A program made the position numbers and the translations under genes. Of a stretch of DNA of 7,842 nucleotides, positions 4,987-7,842 are shown one piece after another; positions within the stretch are counted from its first letter, which is position 1, and each line of letters begins with the position of its first letter. Source of the stretch: a virus (taxonomy: Duplodnaviria > Heunggongvirae > Uroviricota > Caudoviricetes). The DNA is taken from the IMG/VR virus record IMGVR_UViG_2541047931_000013, one strand, 5' to 3'. The notes under the pieces are model-generated. The model ran no database searches and was not told the origin of the DNA. It saw only the letters and a program-made list of their open reading frames with translations.

Positions 4987-7109
4987 AACGCGCACCGAAT
5001 TTAAAGCACCAGCCGAAAGACAAAATGACGGAGGTGATTATCTTTGCGGGTAGTGATGCCTGGGCACATGCGAAAGAGTGGAGCGAATGGGCCGGAAAGC
5101 ATATTGCGGCAGATGATACACATCCAGTTATTCTTGGACCGGAACAACTGGCGAGTCTGGCAGACACGCAAATCATCGACAAAGGGCGCTATTACGTGCG
5201 CGTTTATCGTGCTGGTGAAATATCAGAGCAGCACCTTACACAGATAGCGACACTGCTTGCAGTGGCGGGTGTGAAGGAGGCGCGTTGCTACCGCAGCTTT
5301 GTTGATCAGCAGCCGGAGGACTGGACACCGCGCATGGCTGGACTGAAGGATGATGCGGAACGCGGTAACAGTCTGGTGATCAACCTTCCGGCGAAGACAA
5401 ATTTCACCGGAAATTATGATGACGAATTAAAGCCTCGTGTTGAAAGTCGCGTCGATGGTGTTTTCTGGGTAACGCCCAAAGTGGACAAGCAGTCAGGCGA
5501 AATTATCCGGCCTGAGACGTGGTTATGTTCTCCGCTTGAACTACTGGGAACAGGAACAATCGGCAAAGAGCATTACCGCGTGATGCGCTGGAAAAAACCA
5601 GCAAACCATGAGGTCATTACAATGGCGGTCCCGTGCGGAGGCATTGGTGACCGTGACGGCTGGCGGTTGCTGAAAGACCACGGCCTTAACGTGACGACCA
5701 ACGGCAAATACAGGGCTATCTTGGCTGACTGGATGCAGTTAAGCGGAAACCATGAGGAATGGCAGTTAAGCACAACAACGGGGTGGCATTTTGGTGCGTA
5801 CATCATGCCGGATGGTTCGATCATCGGTGAATCAGAGAAACCCATCCTGTTTACCGGAAAAACTGCCGCTGTTAATGGCTATTCCGTGGCGGGAACAGCG
5901 GAGGGCTGGCGCGATACCGTGGCACGGCTGGCTGGTGGTAATCCGTCCATGATGCTGGGTGTGGCGGTATCGCTATCTGCACCATTAATCGGGCTGGTGG
6001 GTGCTGACGGCTTCGGGGTTCATCTTTTTGAGCAATCATCAGCAGGTAAAACCACCACACAGAACATTGCATCAAGTTTATGGGGAGAGCCGGACGCGCA
6101 ACGGCTGACCTGGTACGGAACGGCGTTAGGTATCGCCAACGAGGCCGAAGCACATAATGACGGGCTGTTACCCCTGGATGAAATAGGCCAGGCCGGAAAC
6201 GCACGGGAGGTGTCCACGTCAGCCTATACGCTGTTTAACGGTTCCGGGAAATTACAGGGGGCGAAGGACGGCGGCAACAGGGAGATAAAACACTGGCGTA
6301 CGGTGGCAATCAGCACCGGAGAAATGGACGTTGAAACATTCCTCAAAACGGAAGGGATAAAAATTAAAGCGGGACAGCTTGTCCGTCTGCTTAACGTACC
6401 GATGGAAAAGGCCTCGCAGTTTCACGAATACAGCACCGGAAAGGCGCACGCAGACGCGTTAAAAGATGCCTGGACAGAAAATCACGGGGCGGCAGGTCGT
6501 GAGTGGGTTAAATGGCTGGCAGGCCACCAGCAGGAGGCAAAGGACGCGGTAAGGGCATGTCGCGAGCGGTGGCGCAACCTGATACCGGAGAGCTACGGCG
6601 AGCAGGTTCACCGTGTGGGGGAAAGATTCGCCGTACTGGAGGCCGCGCTTGTGCTTTCCGGTCATGTTACAGGCTGGGATGTTCAGGCGTGCCGTGATGC
6701 AGTTCAGCATAACTTTAATGCCTGGGTGAAGGAATTCGGCACGGGCAACAGGGAATTTAAACAGATGGTTGAACAGGCTGAGGCGTTTTTGTCGTCGTTC
6801 GGGTTCAGTCGATACCTTCCCTATCCAAACAGCGACGAGCGTGATTTACCGATTAAAGACCTTGCCGGATACAGAAAGGGGAGTATCAGAAACGAAGATG
6901 ACGAGTTCCGTTTTTACACGTTCCCGCATGTGTTTGAGGGTGAGATAGCACAGGGATTTAATCCGTCTCACTTTGCCCGCGCGTTGAGTGCAGCCGGAAT
7001 GCTGGAAGCGGGAGGCGACCGCCGTTACAAGAAAAAGGCGCTCGGCAGGATTGGCGGGAAGCAGCATATTTTTTACGTGCTGATGTTCCAGCCTGAAGCA
7101 GAAGATTAA
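4983..7109 (+). CDS. replication primase/helicase-like protein (P4 alpha-like / DUF927-type, SF3-type P-loop NTPase)
   Basis: 708-aa ORF at about 55-63% GC. Walker A-like FEQSSAGKTT (about 6021-6059) and Walker B-like LLPLDEIGQ (about 6160-6190). SD AGGGG lies 6 nt upstream. Overall resemblance to replication proteins of enterobacterial integrative elements. Confidence 0.85.
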   Translation: MKRAPNLKHQPKDKMTEVIIFAGSDAWAHAKEWSEWAGKHIAADDTHPVILGPEQLASLADTQIIDKGRYYVRVYRAGEISEQHLTQIATLLAVAGVKEARCYRSFVDQQPEDWTPRMAGLKDDAERGNSLVINLPAKTNFTGNYDDELKPRVESRVDGVFWVTPKVDKQSGEIIRPETWLCSPLELLGTGTIGKEHYRVMRWKKPANHEVITMAVPCGGIGDRDGWRLLKDHGLNVTTNGKYRAILADWMQLSGNHEEWQLSTTTGWHFGAYIMPDGSIIGESEKPILFTGKTAAVNGYSVAGTAEGWRDTVARLAGGNPSMMLGVAVSLSAPLIGLVGADGFGVHLFEQSSAGKTTTQNIASSLWGEPDAQRLTWYGTALGIANEAEAHNDGLLPLDEIGQAGNAREVSTSAYTLFNGSGKLQGAKDGGNREIKHWRTVAISTGEMDVETFLKTEGIKIKAGQLVRLLNVPMEKASQFHEYSTGKAHADALKDAWTENHGAAGREWVKWLAGHQQEAKDAVRACRERWRNLIPESYGEQVHRVGERFAVLEAALVLSGHVTGWDVQACRDAVQHNFNAWVKEFGTGNREFKQMVEQAEAFLSSFGFSRYLPYPNSDERDLPIKDLAGYRKGSIRNEDDEFRFYTFPHVFEGEIAQGFNPSHFARALSAAGMLEAGGDRRYKKKALGRIGGKQHIFYVLMFQPEAED

Positions 7110-7132
7110 CTTCCCTGTGTGAGGTAAAAAGT

Positions 7133-7257
7133 TGCGGGTTATGCGGGTTATCCTGTGCATAAGTTAATTAACTGAATGATTAAAAAGGAAATTAATAACC
7201 CGCACGTAACCCGCAAAACGGCAGTTATAACCCGCAAATGTGCGATTGTAACCCGCA
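7133..7257. repeat. iteron array around an AT-rich core; putative replication origin
   Basis: 9-mer TGCGGGTTA twice in tandem (7133-7141, 7142-7150). Its reverse complement TAACCCGCA four times (7196-7204, 7207-7215, 7228-7236, 7249-7257; spacings 11, 21, 21 bp). The AT-rich stretch 7151-7195 between the two sets contains the palindrome GTTAATTAAC. Confidence 0.55.
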
Positions 7258-7319
7258 AAATTTCACTGTAAGAGTGTAAACAAGCGTAACTATCACGTTA
7301 AAACCGGAGAACAAACAGC

Positions 7320-7748
7320 ATGACGGCGCAAATATCAGCTTACGGGCGGCTGGTGGCTGACCCGCAGTTAAAGACCACCAGCAAGGGCACACAAATGGCG
7401 ATGGCGAGTATGGCGGTCCCCCTTCCATGCAATCAGACAGATGACGGAACGGCGACGATGTGGTTATCCGTCCTGGCGTTTGGCAGACAGGCTGACGCAC
7501 TGGCAAAACACCACAAAGGCGAACTGGTGAGCGTGGCCGGTAACATGCAGGTGAGCCGGTGGACGGGCCAGAACGGCGAAACGAGGCAGGGATGGCAGGT
7601 TATCGCAGACAGCGTAATCAGTGCGCGAACGGCGCGACCGGGCGGCAAAAAAGGCCAGCAGGGGCAGGCTACTGATGCACTGAACAGGGCAAAGCAACAG
7701 ACAGGCCAGCACGATGATCTGAACCGCCCCGGGAATCCTGGAGACTAA
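7320..7748 (+). CDS. SSB-like (OB-fold single-stranded DNA-binding) protein, 3' end disrupted by IS insertion; native sequence ends at 7719
   Basis: AYGRLVADPQLKTTSKGTQMAMASMAV...WLSVLAFGRQADALAKHHKGELVSVAGNMQVSRWTGQNGETRQGWQV matches the SSB OB-fold pattern. SD GGAGA lies 9 nt upstream. From codon 134 the ORF reads into the IS inverted repeat and stops at 7746-7748. Confidence 0.7.
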   Translation: MTAQISAYGRLVADPQLKTTSKGTQMAMASMAVPLPCNQTDDGTATMWLSVLAFGRQADALAKHHKGELVSVAGNMQVSRWTGQNGETRQGWQVIADSVISARTARPGGKKGQQGQATDALNRAKQQTGQHDDLNRPGNPGD

Positions 7749-7842
7749 ACTTCCTGAGAAAGAGGTAAACAGGATGACTAAAAATACTCGTTTTTCCCCC
7801 GAAGTCCGTCAACGGGCAGTCCGTATGGTTCTGGAAAGTCAG
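7720..7842 (+). mobile_element. left end of an IS3-family insertion sequence (IS629/IS1203-like), continuing beyond the window
   Basis: Starts TGAACCGCCCCGGGAATCCTGGAGACTAAAC, which I recall as the IS629 left inverted repeat. orfA begins 54 bp in. Exact identity is from memory and unverified. Confidence 0.75.
7774..7842 (+). CDS. IS3-family transposase OrfA, N-terminus only (truncated by window end)
   Basis: Translation MTKNTRFSPEVRQRAVRMVLESQ is a typical IS3-family OrfA helix-turn-helix N-terminus. SD AGAGGT lies upstream at 7761-7766. Confidence 0.8.
   Translation, partial: MTKNTRFSPEVRQRAVRMVLESQ

Noticed and set aside
4970-7712. ORFs inside or antisense to the helicase and SSB-like genes: 4970-5182(-), 5044-5247(+), 5573-5845(-), 5872-6204(-), 6020-6217(-), 6252-6449(-), 6459-6710(-), 6512-6697(+), 6846-7160(-), 7225-7506(-), 7433-7648(-), 7464-7712(-)
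   Set aside because: Each is embedded in or antisense to a much longer, motif-supported gene (or the iteron region), with Pro/Arg/Cys-rich products typical of off-frame translation of GC-rich coding sequence.
1-7842. CRISPR arrays, tRNA and rRNA genes
   Set aside because: No regularly spaced repeat-spacer arrangement and no cloverleaf- or rRNA-like conserved segment noticed on either strand. The only repeat arrays are the short phased repeats and iterons already reported.

Overview
This window reads as the regulatory and replication core of an enterobacterial integrative mobile element (P4-like satellite or PICI-like island), ending in an IS3-family insertion. All family calls are motif recognition by eye; no database search or computation beyond hand counting was possible. 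Left to right on the + strand: a low-GC hypothetical cargo ORF (1-651, probably 5'-truncated by the window); an AT-rich control region with phased short repeats; an AlpA-family regulator (1124-1342); three consecutive antirepressor-type genes (Rha-like 1417-2115, AntA-like 2108-2449 with its C-terminal domain split off by an in-frame TAG as 2468-2851, Bro-N 2844-3401); an ambiguous ~1 kb region (3394-4227) that is open on the + strand yet also carries two tandemly duplicated small ORFs on the - strand and back-to-back promoters overlapped by TGTGCGCACA palindromes; a translationally coupled string of three small genes (4228-4986) leading into a 708-aa P-loop replication helicase (4983-7109); a 9-bp iteron array around an AT-rich core (7133-7257), a putative origin; and an SSB-like gene (7320-) whose 3' end is replaced by the left end of an IS629-like element (from 7720) with the start of its orfA (7774 to window end). 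The most likely candidate for an undescribed system is the 3394-4227 switch-like region, followed by the two low-GC patches (1-651 and 4424-4986). No tRNA, rRNA or CRISPR array was recognised.
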